A DNA stretch of 64,000 nucleotides from an uncultured Verrucomicrobiae bacterium (GTDB taxonomy: Bacteria; Verrucomicrobiota; Verrucomicrobiia; Chthoniobacterales; JAFAMB01): NCBI GenBank assembly GCA_963782115.1, contig CAWAIK010000001.1, positions 128,001 to 192,000 on the forward strand. The letters run 5' to 3'. Positions within the stretch are counted from its first letter, which is position 1; every line of letters starts with the position of its first letter. Both the position numbers and the translations under genes were made by a program. Shown here in pieces: positions 11,038 to 21,423 of this stretch. A model generated the notes under the pieces. The model had not been told where the DNA came from. It ran no database searches and was given only the letters and a program-made list of their open reading frames with translations.

Positions 11038-11580
11038 TAGCGGCTCAAGTGGATCGGATGGCTTTTTAAAGAGGGTGACTTTTTGTGACCTTCGCGATCT
11101 TCTGTTCAACAAAGTCTTTGCTTTTTTTTGGTCTTAGTGCCGGAAGAGCGAAGAAAAATCATCTGCACAGAAGATCGCAAAGATCACAAAGAAGAAGCAG
11201 CCGGCGCCTGGAGCCCCCTCTTCAAAACTGTAGCGGCTCAAGTGGATCGGATGGCTTTTGAAGAGAGTGACTCTTTGTGACCTTCGTGATCTTCTGTTCA
11301 AAAATGTCTTTGCTTTTTTTTGGTCTTAGTGCCGGAAGAGCGAAGAAAAATCATCTGCACAGAAGATCGCAAAGATCACAAAGAAGAAGCAGCCGGCGCC
11401 TGGAGCCCCCTCTTCAAAACTGTAGCGGCTCAAGTGGATCGGATGGCTTTTAAAGAGAGTGACTCTTTGTGACCTTCGCGATCTTCTGTTCAAAAATGTC
11501 TTTTGTTTTTTCGTCTTAGTGCCGGAGGAGCGAAGAAGAATCATCTGCACAGCAGCAGCAGATCGCAAAGATCACGAAGA
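11038..11580. repeat. About 193-bp unit in three tandem copies (AGAAGATCGCAAAGATCACAAAG palindromic family)
   Basis: tagcggctcaagtggatcggatggc starts at 11038, 11231 and 11423; each unit holds an inverted pair tttgtgaccttcgcgatcttctgt / acagaagatcgcaaagatcacaaa. Confidence 0.95.
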
Positions 11581-12242
11581 AGCGCCCCTGTCGGTCACGT
11601 CGAACTCAGAGCTTCTCACCCCGGAGGATCGCGCCGCCATCAGCGGCGCCTTCGGTGTCCCCGTGATCGATCAGTTCGTCTCCACCGAGGGTCTCATCGG
11701 TCTTAGCGAGCCCGGCCAGACGGTGCTCACTTTCGCCAATGACCCTGTGCATCGCCGAGTGTGTCGACGACGGCAATAACCCCGTTCCCAACGGCACCGC
11801 CTCCGCGAAGGTGCTGGTCACCAATTTGCACAATCTGACCCAGCCGCTGATCCGCTACGAGCTCACCGACCGGTTCGTCCCCGTCGGAGTTTCCCAGGGC
11901 GGCTGCCTGCGAGCCAGCGTCGAAGGACGCTCCGACGAGGTCTTCCGCTATGGCGTAACCGAGGTTCACCCGCACGTGATCCGCACTATCCTTGTCGCCT
12001 CGGCGGGGATCCGCGAGTACCAGGTTCGCCAGACCGAGCGGGGCCTCGACATGTCGGCCGTGGCGGAAGGGGAAGTCGACCACGCCGCTGTCGCCGCCGC
12101 CCTGGAAGGAAGACTATGTCATGCGGGCGTCGGTGAACCCCAGGTCACCATCCAGCTGGTCGACGCGATCCCCCGCGACCCCAAGACGGGAAAAGTCAGG
12201 CGCTTCGTCCCGCTGCAGGCCCCTTCATCATGGACGCTGTGA
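11581..12242 (+). pseudogene. PaaK-like adenylate-forming enzyme, C-terminal part, frameshifted
   Basis: AFGVPVIDQFVSTEG, then VTNLHNLTQPLIRYELTD, EGRSDE, TGKVRRF. Confidence 0.8.
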
Positions 12243-12361
12243 GGGGCGCCGCCAGCGCCGTCGCCAGCGACAGCAACCTACTCAGAATACCGTCGCCAAA
12301 AAGCGAACGGGTCAGGAGGACGTGGATTTCGATTACCTCTTTGCTAATTTCTTCTAACAGT

Positions 12362-13243
12362 ATGAGCAAGAGTGGCAGATCAATCTCAGTCCGGGCCGGC
12401 CGTTTGGAGTTCGTTAAAATCAATGCCGCCAAATTCAACCTGCGAGACAGCTATCATTTCATTCTGACCTTAACTTGGCCACAGTTCGCTGCGTTGGTCC
12501 TGGCCGTTTACGTCCTGATCAATCTGATCTTCGCCAGCTTGTACTGGCTTAGGGGCGGGTGCATCGCCGAGTTACCGCCGGGTTCGTTTTCCGAGGCCTT
12601 TTTCTTCAGCGTGGAAACTCTGGCCACGGTCGGCTACGGACACATGTACCCGGACACCCTTTACGGCCACTGCGTCACGACCGTCGAGATAGTGGTTGGC
12701 ATGTTCGGTATGGCCGCTATCACCGGTCTGATCTTTGTTCGGTTCTCGCGACCGACCGCCCGGATTCTATTCAGCAAATGTGCCGTCATATCGCCTTTTG
12801 ACGGAATACCAACATTGATGCTGCGGGTGGCCAACCAGCGCCACATCGCAATGGCTGAGGCAGAATTCCGCGTGATGCTTTTCCGCGATGAACCGACCCG
12901 GGAAGAAGCGAGTGTTCGGCGGTTCTATCCGCTTAAGCTCCAGTTCGATCGTATGATCGCGTTTCCGGTGGCGCTGACTCTCCGGCACGTGATCGACGAA
13001 AGCAGCCCCCTCTACGGGATGACCGCGGAAGACTTGAAAAAGAGCGACACGCGGTTGATGGCATCGATCGTCTGCATCGACACCGTCATTCCAGCGCCCG
13101 TCCAAAGCGCGACCGATTACTCATACGACGATATTCTCTGGAATCGCCGCTTTGTGGAAATTTATACAGAGACGAATGACGGTCGGCTAACCGTGGATTA
13201 CGGCCGGATTCACGATACCGAAGAAGCCGAAACCCAGGTGTAG
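12362..13243 (+). CDS. Inward-rectifier potassium channel (KirBac type)
   Basis: AFFFSVETLATVGYG filter, FVRFSRP, HVIDESSPLYG; ATG 12362. Confidence 0.93.
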   Translation: MSKSGRSISVRAGRLEFVKINAAKFNLRDSYHFILTLTWPQFAALVLAVYVLINLIFASLYWLRGGCIAELPPGSFSEAFFFSVETLATVGYGHMYPDTLYGHCVTTVEIVVGMFGMAAITGLIFVRFSRPTARILFSKCAVISPFDGIPTLMLRVANQRHIAMAEAEFRVMLFRDEPTREEASVRRFYPLKLQFDRMIAFPVALTLRHVIDESSPLYGMTAEDLKKSDTRLMASIVCIDTVIPAPVQSATDYSYDDILWNRRFVEIYTETNDGRLTVDYGRIHDTEEAETQV

Positions 13244-13427
13244 ATCGTTGCTGGTTGAAGGCGGTTTGCGGCTACGAAGAGGCGTGAAACAGCGTATCCA
13301 CAGGTGCCATTGCTCGCTCTCAACGGCATCGAGGACGAGCGAAGTTATTCACAATCCGGGGTCGCTCACGCTCGAAAGCCGGAAAAAACGCTTTTGCCCC
13401 CGGCTCGATGAATAACTTCGGGCCAAC

Positions 13428-13745
13428 TTCTGTGCAAATGATTTTTCTTCGTTCCCCCGGCACTAAGGCAGAAAAAAAGCAGAAGTCATTTTTGAACAGA
13501 AGATCGCAAAGATCACAAAGAGTCACTGTCTTTAAGTTTAAGAGCCACCGGAGGCACGTGGACCTGCGTTGTCTAAATCGCGATCAGCAACGAACGAAAC
13601 GCTCATTAATCCCCACTGGTCCTCTTGTTCTGAGTCGTCCTCGTTATCGTTATCGATCTTTGATCGTTGCCAGTGAGAGCGATTTGCGCCTACAAAGAGG
13701 CGTGAACAGGGTATCCGATCGAGGACGATAACGAGCACGATTGGG
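13428..13745. repeat. Composite repeat: reversed AGAAGATCGCAAAG element plus GAGGACGATAACGAGCACGA element
   Basis: 13428-13632 closely matches 48548-48739; inverted pair tcgtcctcgttatcg / gaggacgataacgagcacga. Confidence 0.85.
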
Positions 13746-13747
13746 AA

Positions 13748-14085
13748 TCATTCAAGAGAAGCAACCGTCCCAACGCGGTCCCCTCGCGAGCCATCGTCGA
13801 CTTCAGGCTCAAGGGCCCAACGATCGTGCGCTTTTTGCAAGTGGTTGCGCATCGCTTCACGGGCTTGCTCAGGATCGTGCGCTGCCAGCGCCGCCACGAT
13901 ATCACGGTGTTCGGCCAAAACCGCGTTCCAGGTTTCTGCGATATCAAAAAGGATCGCGAACTGCCGGGCCCACGGTCTCTCGCCCTGGTCAATCAATTCC
14001 GTGATCAGCCGTAGGAGCACCTTGTTCTCGAGCTGCGCCGCGATGTAGAGGTGAAACCGCCGATCGGCAGCCAGGCGGGCCGCTG
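13748..14085 (-). pseudogene. GntR/FadR family FCD domain fragment
   Basis: ADRRFHLYIA..N.VL, EHRDIVAAL..DPEQAREAMRNHL; HTH absent. Confidence 0.8.
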
Positions 14086-14109
14086 CTGTCGTCTTAGTTG
14101 CGGATAATC

Positions 14110-14781
14110 GACGTTTCGAAAACCTGACGCGGATCTGGCTCGCTGATGGCCGGGGACCACTACAAGTGGAGGGCGATGCGCGCAAATGGAATCCCCGAGC
14201 GATTCATTACCGGCGACGCCGACGATTACCATAAGTTCCTGGCCTATGCCCGAACGGTCCCAGCCACTCTTCGTAACCCGCTCTATCATTGGACGCACCT
14301 GGAATTACGGCGCTACTTTGGCATCACGGAGCTTTTAAACGAACAATCAGCGCCAAGGATCTGGGCCCAGGCCAACGAACAACTTCAGGAACTCACCGTG
14401 CATCGGATCCTCGAGAAATTCAGGGTCTCGGTCATTTGCACAACGGATGATCCGACCGATGACCTTGCTGCTCATCAAGCGATTCGGACCAGCGGCTTGC
14501 CAACTCGCGTTTATCCGGCGTTCCGTCCGGACAAGGTATTCGCGATCGACCAGAGCGACACTTTCCAGCCGTGGATTGAACGCCTGGAAAAGTCGAGTGC
14601 TCGCAGTTGTGCGGAGCTGGCGGGGCTGCTCGAAGCCCTGCGAATTCGGCACGAATTTTTTGGATCGCTTGGGGCAAAACTATCGGATCATGGCATACCT
14701 TTTACTTATTCTGAGCCATGCAATGAAGCTGAGGCGAGTGCGATCTATGCGCGTGCCCACTCGGGCGTTTCCACGACATGA
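14110..14781 (+). pseudogene. uxaC: Glucuronate/uronate isomerase fragment
   Basis: FENLTRIWL / GDHYKWRAMRANG, NPLYHWTHLEL, CTTDDP, FRPD, SDHG; both ends missing. Confidence 0.9.
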
Positions 14782-14789
14782 CAGAACCA

Positions 14790-14988
14790 GCAAAGACATT
14801 TAAGGATTTGGTAGTACTATCATCTTACCAAACGTCAAAACGCGCCCCAACTGGCTGACATCATGGGCAACAGCCTCAAGATCGTATATTCGGGCTACCG
14901 TGAAATCGTTGACCCTTCGCAGGCCGAACTGTACTGGCTAATTATGGCGCCAGCGCCGGCGGCCAACGTAATCACAATAGCTGGCTGA
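14790..14988 (+). pseudogene. C-terminal remnant of tyrosine recombinase/integrase
   Basis: YHLTKRQNAPQLADIMGNSLKIVYSGYREIVDPSQAELYW resembles the box II MGNS..Y tail of phage-type integrases; no upstream gene. Confidence 0.5.
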
Positions 14989-15121
14989 TTTGCATCCTTT
15001 CAAAGAAAATCGCAGAACGCTTCCTGTGGTTCACGCAAACTGCTCGCCCGATGGGGAAGCGGTCACAACGAACTTTTGTCGCAGTGCGTAATGTGAGATA
15101 ACCCCAACCAAGAAGAAATAA

Positions 15122-15495
15122 ATGAGCAGAGGCTCCAGCAAAGTCGCTATTGCACGGCTGCTTAAGCATGACGAGCATTTGGCGAAGGAGAAAGAGTTTA
15201 CCAGGTTACGCGACCAACTCAGTCAGCAGCGACGCGATCTGCCTTGGGAGCGCGTGGACAAAGAGTGTATTTTCGAGGGACCAGACGGCCCGGAATCTTT
15301 GTCGAAGCTTTTTGTCGGAAAATCTCAACTGATCGTCTATTCGATTCTGAAACAGTTGGTATTAGCGTGTTCTACAAGGACCAGGACGGGCTGATGTCTC
15401 ACACCTTTTCATGTTATTCACGCAGCGTGGACATGTTGAATGGCGCCTATCATTACATCGACTTGACTTCCAAGGGCCGGGACGAAGCCGATCAT
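15122..15495 (+). pseudogene. DUF899 thioredoxin-like protein with internal deletion
   Basis: KEKEFTRLRDQL..RRDLPW..KSQLIVY jumps to GISVFYKD..HTFS..DLTSKGRDE. Confidence 0.8.
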
Positions 15496-15592
15496 TTTAT
15501 ACGATGTGCTCAGGAAATCAGATCGGGGATTGCTTTGGTTCAACGGCCTATTTCTCTTTTGGCTCGCGTTTATCCCGTTCCCCACAAATCGA

Positions 15593-15895
15593 CTAATCAT
15601 TGGGCGCGAAGCGGAAACTGGGAATCTCTCTTCCTAGTACATATCCGGCTTTAACGGTGCTATGAGGAGGAACAATTTTTAGGTCGGCACGATCGTTGAT
15701 GGTATAAATAGCCGTATATGTTTTATCGGAGTCATTCCTGATTTTGATCGCCCATCCGAGAAAAGCATTCACCCTGAACGCTATGAGAGGTCCAGAGGTC
15801 CCCACTGCGGCGTCGGAATCACAGAAACCAGCCGAAGCGGTCAATCCCAACACCATCAGCCCCAGCGTCACTCGAAACAACAACAAAGTCTTCAT
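15593..15895 (-). CDS. Small secreted hypothetical protein
   Basis: 100 aa with signal-like N-terminus; ATGA overlap with the upstream gene. Confidence 0.55.
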   Translation of the reverse strand: MKTLLLFRVTLGLMVLGLTASAGFCDSDAAVGTSGPLIAFRVNAFLGWAIKIRNDSDKTYTAIYTINDRADLKIVPPHSTVKAGYVLGREIPSFRFAPND

Positions 15896-16221
15896 TCCTG
15901 TTCGCGAAATTTATACGTGTGTAACAAATTGCTGGCAATTCCAAGCGAGACCAAAAGCGATCGGTCGATAACCGGTCTCACTCTTTGATAATGATCGACC
16001 TGAAACCTCTGTATTCCGATCGCAGTATTTTCGCCCAAATACCCATCGACAGCGTCGGCATAATAGCCGCGATTACGCAGAGCGATCTGGACTTTCCTGA
16101 CGATCGCAGGATTGGCGGGATAGATCGCTTGCGATTTGGGCGGCGGCACCTGCTCATCGGAACATGCTCCCAGGCAAAGAGCCACTTCGATCAGAATGAT
16201 GAGCCGAGAAATTTCTCTCAT
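15892..16221 (-). CDS. Lipoprotein with peptidoglycan-binding domain
   Basis: LGAC lipobox; VRKVQIALRNRGYY..VDGYLGENT..I.RFQ. Confidence 0.75.
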   Translation of the reverse strand: MREISRLIILIEVALCLGACSDEQVPPPKSQAIYPANPAIVRKVQIALRNRGYYADAVDGYLGENTAIGIQRFQVDHYQRVRPVIDRSLLVSLGIASNLLHTYKFREQE

Positions 16222-16411
16222 ATCGCTTGTACCACTTATATGAATTCGCTACTACCGCGTCAACTTGGTTCGACTGCGGTTTATTGGTATCCATCATTTC
16301 AATTGAGGACGCATTTATCCTCATAGCGATCGTAAAAGCTACAATGACGGAAATACGCAGATAACGTCGGTAGGTGCGGTATGCCGGCGCTTTTTTGGCG
16401 GTTTCTTTTTT

Positions 16412-16520
16412 CGTGGAAGAAGCGTTCGACCATGTTCATCCATGAAGCGTTGGTGGGCGTAAAATGCCGATGAAAGCGCGGATGAAGCTTTAGCCAGCGA
16501 CGGACCTTTTGGTCGGGGAA
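16412..16520 (-). mobile_element. IS630 transposase remnant
   Basis: KVRRWLKLHPRFHRHFTPTNASWMNMVERFF, homologous to the same motif in 18935-20053. Confidence 0.75.
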
Positions 16521-16765
16521 GTAGCTCACTTCCTCGATATGCCACTCTGCAACCTGCTCATTGCCTTGCTTCGGTTCATCCTGCTTCCCGCTCAGGCCAC
16601 GGCAAGAAAAGGCCGGATCCATTTTCAATAAAGCCCTTAACGCAATGGACTCGAGACGATTCGCCGAATGAGATCGCCAAAAAAACTCAAGGCGGAGGGA
16701 TTTATTGCTGGCAAAAGCTGGAGCTTTCGCTTACTTGCGACCAGTTTTCTTTGCTAGATATTCGA

Positions 16766-17575
16766 ATGATTCATCGAACCGCCGTTGTTGATCTGAAGGC
16801 TCAGCTTGATTCCGAAGTGGTTATTGGACCGTATGTCTTAATTGAAGGTCCCGTTCAGATATCTTCCGGCACAGAGATCCAAGGCCATGCCGTGATTACC
16901 GGATCAGTTCGGATTGGTAAGAAGAATCGGATCGGTTACGGAGCGGTGATTGGCTCGTTCCCTCAGGATCTCAGCTTCGATCCGAATGCCAACTCCGGTG
17001 TGGAGATTGGAGAGAACAATGTCATACGGGAATACTGCACCATCCATCGCGGCACGAAAGAAGGATCAAATACGCTCGTCGGATCGAACAACCTTCTGAT
17101 GGTAGGCGCGCACCTGGGACACAATACTCGACTGGGGAACAACGTAATCCTTGCGAATAACGTTTTGCTTGGGGGTTATGTTGAAATTCACGATCGAGTC
17201 TTTGTCGGCGGCGGCAGCGTTGTTCACCAGTTCACCAGGATGGGTGCAATTTCACTTCTGCAAGGGCTCTCCGCCATCAGTAAGGATATTCCGCCATTTT
17301 CAATCGGTATGGGCAGAAATGTTGTTTCCGCAATTAATGTCGTTGGGCTGCGCCGAGCCGGATTCGCTCCAGAACTGCGGAAGCAAGCGAAAGACGCATT
17401 TGGGCTCTTTTACCACAGAGGTTTGAATTCGACTCAGGCTCTCGAGGAGGCCAGCAAATGCTCCTGGTCGAAGGAGGTTTCGTTGTTTTGGAATTTCGTA
17501 GCAACTTCGAAACGTGGGATCTGCTCGACGGTTCGGTGGAAGGACGTTCGAGGCGCCAGCGCCGTCGAAGAGTAG
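16766..17575 (+). CDS. lpxA: Acyl-ACP--UDP-N-acetylglucosamine O-acyltransferase
   Basis: MIHRTAVV, PQDL, IREYCTIHRGT, AHLGHN, VHQF, INVVGLRR hexapeptide fold. Confidence 0.92.
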   Translation: MIHRTAVVDLKAQLDSEVVIGPYVLIEGPVQISSGTEIQGHAVITGSVRIGKKNRIGYGAVIGSFPQDLSFDPNANSGVEIGENNVIREYCTIHRGTKEGSNTLVGSNNLLMVGAHLGHNTRLGNNVILANNVLLGGYVEIHDRVFVGGGSVVHQFTRMGAISLLQGLSAISKDIPPFSIGMGRNVVSAINVVGLRRAGFAPELRKQAKDAFGLFYHRGLNSTQALEEASKCSWSKEVSLFWNFVATSKRGICSTVRWKDVRGASAVEE

Positions 17576-17694
17576 GAGGCCGCGTGGACACCAACCGAAG
17601 TTTTTCGCAGCGTTCTGGAAAAATTTCAGAAAACCTGCTGCAGGCGGACCAGATCTGTGCGTACTCTTGAGGTAGGAGGTTTAATCACATGTGA

Positions 17695-18080
17695 ATGGCT
17701 AAATCCTGGTCAAGGTTCTCCCGTCCAGCCGATTATTTAGTCTATCTTATTTTTAGATTTGTTGCATGGATCTTTTGGCAACTCCCGCTGCGGTGGACCT
17801 TCAGGCTCGGGCAGGTGCTCGGGTTGTTTGGCTATGTAGCTCTTTGGAAGGATCGCAAACTAGCATCGGTAAACATTTGAATCGCTTTTCCAGAGTGGAC
17901 GAAAAACAGGTGCGCAAAAATTGCCGCGATCATTTTCGAACAATGACGGCTAATCTTTTCTGTTCATTTGTTCTCACGCAAAAGCCGTGGGATGAAGCGA
18001 GCTCGTACATCGACATTTCCCTCTGCTCGCTCAGGCTTCGAATATTAAGGCCGCTTCCAGCCGGCTTTTCTCGCTGATCA
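17695..18080 (+). pseudogene. Lipid A late acyltransferase (LpxL-like) N-terminal fragment
   Basis: Hydrophobic anchor, LGQVLG..RKLA..NI then TGA then IAFPEW; truncated afterwards. Confidence 0.6.
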
Positions 18081-18877
18081 TTATACGCACCTGGTTAGCG
18101 AATCCCTTCAAAAGTTATTATCGACCCGACTTCAATACCATGGGTGCGGTCCAGCTTACGGCATGGCAAATCTTCAAATGGGGGGACTACGAAACAACAG
18201 GAGAGCACACCCTCAATGAGCGGGACCGCAAGCTAATTGAAAGTCTTGGAAAAATTACGAAGAGGCAATGAATAAGAACGATGCCGCTGCGATGGCTACG
18301 CTCTTAGCGGAGGACGTGGTTCAGGTGGCATCAGGAAGGGCTGTTTTTCGGTCGACAGGCTATCGAGAAAAGCTATGGGGACGGCTTTGAGTCTGGGATT
18401 TTTTCTGACAATATCCGCAAGAGCAATCAGCTGAACGGCATCGGCGACGTGGCTTGGTCGGTAGGAGAATGGAGTTGCACTGTTGGAACTGAGGACGGTC
18501 CTGTGCATCTCAAGGGCTACCGGTCATCGAGGTATGTTCGTGATGGTGCAAGGCGTTACGGCGAACTAGCGGTTTTAGGGTTGCCACGAGATTCATATCA
18601 AAGCTTTCCCGCCAATCCGCGGGGCTGATCTCTTCAAAGGGATGTTCGGGGGTAACGGTCACGCGTGGGTCATTGCCGCCCGCGGCGTTGACCAGAATGG
18701 TGGGCGCACCCAAGCGGCTCGACAAGGCTTCGCAGGCGGTTTTCAACGAGTTTTGGTCCAGAGCATCGGCCGAAAAAAATCCAGCATTGCCCCCCTGTTT
18801 TTGAATCGAGCGAACTCTCGCTTCGCCCCGTTCGGTGTTGCGGCCCAGCACGGCCACCTTTGCTCCGTTTGCGGCTA

Positions 18878-20086
18878 ATGTAGTGCTGCACAAATAACTA
18901 GACATTACGGGTTGGCGCGATATTGTGATCTTCAATGAAGACGTCGCGTCAGTGCGTCAATCTGGAAGAACCGCAACGGCAATTACTGGAGCAATGGGTG
19001 CGCGCTCACAGCACGCCTCAGCAAGTAGCCAAGCGCTGCCGAATCATTCTGCAAAGCGCCGGCGGAAAACCAGATCGAGCGATTGCCATCGATTTGGACA
19101 TCAACCGGCACACCTGTCGGCTTTGGAGAGAGCGTTTTGTTGAGTGCGGAGTTGACTGCCTGTGGGATGTAGAAGCCGGTCGGGGGCGCAAAGTGCAGGC
19201 TGGTTTAGCTCAGAGAATCGTCGAAGCCACCCTTCATTCCAAGCCTGCAGGGCAAACACATTGGACCACGCGAAAGCTGGCCAAGGAGCAGGGAGTTCAT
19301 GCCAGCACTGTGGCGCGAATCTGGCAGGAGCACGAACTCAAACCACATCGGCAAAAGACCTTCAAACTCTCGCGTGACGCAAAGTTCGTCGAAAAGCTCC
19401 TCGACGTCGTCGGGGTCTATCTCAATCCTCCTCAACACGCCATCGTGCTCTGTGTCGATGAAAAGTGTCAAATTCAAGCCCTGGATCGCACTCAGCCCGG
19501 CTTGCCGCTGAAAAAGGGTCGCTGCGGCACCTGGACGCACGACTACGTCCGACACGGAACAACGACCTTGTTTGCGGCGCTCAATGCCGCCAGCGGTAAG
19601 GTAAGCGGCGAATGTTATCCGCGTCATCGCCATCAGGAGTTCATCAAATTCTTGCGCCGGCTGGATAACGAATTTGAGCCGGATCTGGAATTACACTTGA
19701 TCATGGACAACTACGGCACACACAAACATGAGAAGGTGCGCCACTTTCTGGATCGCCATCGGCGCTTCAAAGTTCATTACATCCCAACCAGTTCGAGTTG
19801 GCTCAACTTGGTGGAACGCTGGTTTGCCGAACTCAGCGGCAAGGCCGTACGGCGAGGCAGCTTTGCCAGTGTGCCTGACTTAATTGAAGCTATCTTCGAC
19901 TTCATTGCACAATGGAATGAAGAGCCGAGCCCATTCGTCTGGACAGCCAAAGCGGAGGACATCTTGGCAAAGATTGAAAGGTGTCGTCAGCGGTTGGAGG
20001 AAATCTCTCCAGGACGCACAAAACCGAAAAGAGGGCTAACGAAAGCCGCATGAATCCTATGTATAGTTATTTATGCGACAGTACAC
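18878..20086 (+). mobile_element. Complete IS630-family element, 1209 bp
   Basis: TA duplication at 18876-77 and 20087-88; imperfect IRs ATGTAGTGCTGCACAAATAACTA / GTGTACTGTCGCATAAATAACTA. Confidence 0.95.
18935..20053 (+). CDS. IS630 transposase
   Basis: CVDEK, YVRHGT, IMDNYGTH, SWLNLVERWF. Confidence 0.96.
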   Translation: MKTSRQCVNLEEPQRQLLEQWVRAHSTPQQVAKRCRIILQSAGGKPDRAIAIDLDINRHTCRLWRERFVECGVDCLWDVEAGRGRKVQAGLAQRIVEATLHSKPAGQTHWTTRKLAKEQGVHASTVARIWQEHELKPHRQKTFKLSRDAKFVEKLLDVVGVYLNPPQHAIVLCVDEKCQIQALDRTQPGLPLKKGRCGTWTHDYVRHGTTTLFAALNAASGKVSGECYPRHRHQEFIKFLRRLDNEFEPDLELHLIMDNYGTHKHEKVRHFLDRHRRFKVHYIPTSSSWLNLVERWFAELSGKAVRRGSFASVPDLIEAIFDFIAQWNEEPSPFVWTAKAEDILAKIERCRQRLEEISPGRTKPKRGLTKAA

Positions 20087-20290
20087 TAAGGCTTCCGCCA
20101 TTGCGCCACCAAGCACGCCGGTGGCGCCCATGACGGCGGCAACCTCTCCGGTCAGGTCAAACAAGTTCATTTCAGTTACCTCTTCGTTTTGCGTTAAAGC
20201 CATGTTTTCGCATTGCATAGAATCGCCCACTGCTCTCACTGCAGAGCGGCCGCTCTGATAGAACGCGCGATGATTCTTTTGGTGGAATGC

Positions 20291-20337
20291 TTGACAAGCT
20301 CTCCGAAGTTGTCTAATGGTCAAGTGGTAAGACCTTG
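20291..20337 (+). promoter_or_regulatory. Possible -35 box and FadR-type operator between divergent SDR and uxaE
   Basis: TTGACA at 20291; TGGTAAGACC at 20325 resembles the TGGTNNNACCA box. Confidence 0.3.
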
Positions 20338-20354
20338 GTTTCCCCCTGATTATT

Positions 20355-21288
20355 GTGAAAATCGAAAAATACACTCTCGGCGTCGGTGACCGGTTTGCGC
20401 ACCAAGGTCGAGCCCAATTGCAGGCCATCTTCAAGGCGCGCGACGCGGGTATGCACGTTCACCCGGTTTGGAACAAATCCAATCGCGAGCATCTGATTAT
20501 TAAAAGCAAGCCCGACGACGTTCGGGCAGAGGCTGACTCGGCGGTACCGCGCTAGGCTGGACCGCAGCTTACCATGTCGATGCCGACCACATCGGCTTAA
20601 AAACGGTGGATGCGTTTATTCCGGCCAGCGACTTTTTTACCCTCGACGTGGCGGATTTCACCGGTAAGGCGGCCGAAGAGGACGCGATCTACGCTTTCTT
20701 GAAGGCCGTGCGCCACTATACCGGCTCGCTTTCCATTCCGGGTATCGCCCGGCCTTTTGACCTCACCGAGGAAACCGTGCGCGGGGCGGCCCGAAAGTTC
20801 TTGCTCGCCGTGCAAGAGGCCGGTCGCATCTACCGCCACGTCGAGGAAAGGAAAGGACGCGGACGATTTAACAAAGGGGTCGACTACGTCGGCGACCTCG
20901 CGCAATTCGAGAAAGAGTTCGACGAGGACCTCTGCGTTATCGCCTTTGCCATTCGCGAATTCGGGTTAGCCGATACCCTGAAGCTCAGCGTGCATTCCGG
21001 CAGCGACAAGTTTTCTATATACTCCCTCATGAACCGGCTGATCAAAAAACATGACGTTGGCATAGCACGGTGATCGACATTGATCCGAACAAACTCCCGG
21101 ACCCCAAATCCGTGGAGTCATCTCCTCAATATAATCCGCACTTCCGGCAGTTGTTGCACGTCGGTTTTAAGGTCGCTGCCTGGATGGGCAGGCGTTTTAC
21201 CGACGCTTTGGAAGCCAACGAAGAGATCGTCGGCAAAAACGTCACGGGAAACCTTTTTGATCGCCATTTGCAACCCATCTTCGCATGA
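20355..21288 (+). pseudogene. uxaE: Tagaturonate epimerase with frameshifts and internal deletions
   Basis: LGVGDRF, VWNKSNREH, HVDADHI, RFNKGVDYVGD, KLSVHSGSDKF, FRQLLHVGFK spread over several frames. Confidence 0.85.
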
Positions 21289-21423
21289 ACCGGGCCGGGG
21301 GAGAAGCCGCGGGGCGTTGGCGTTTGACCACGGCGGCTTCGTCCGGTCCGGTTTTGCGGCTTGACCCTTGATTGACGCGGTGCGGCTTCCACGCGGAAAC
21401 TGAACGTTCCAGAAAAGGAAAAA

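Larger units (their letters stand above)
18585..20170 (-). pseudogene. SDR oxidoreductase (mannonate oxidoreductase-like) split by IS630 and 3'-truncated
   Basis: MNLFDLTGEVAAVMGATGVLGGAMAEAL (20170-20087) rejoins AANGAKVAVLGRN..LVNAAGGN once the IS is removed. Confidence 0.88.

Noticed and set aside
11038..11580. CRISPR array
   Set aside because: Whole 193-bp units repeat; there are no unique spacers and no cas genes.
11326..11779. ORFs such as LNRRSRRSQ.. and MTLCDLRDLLFK
   Set aside because: Translations of the repeat unit; the same peptides recur at 13320-13731.
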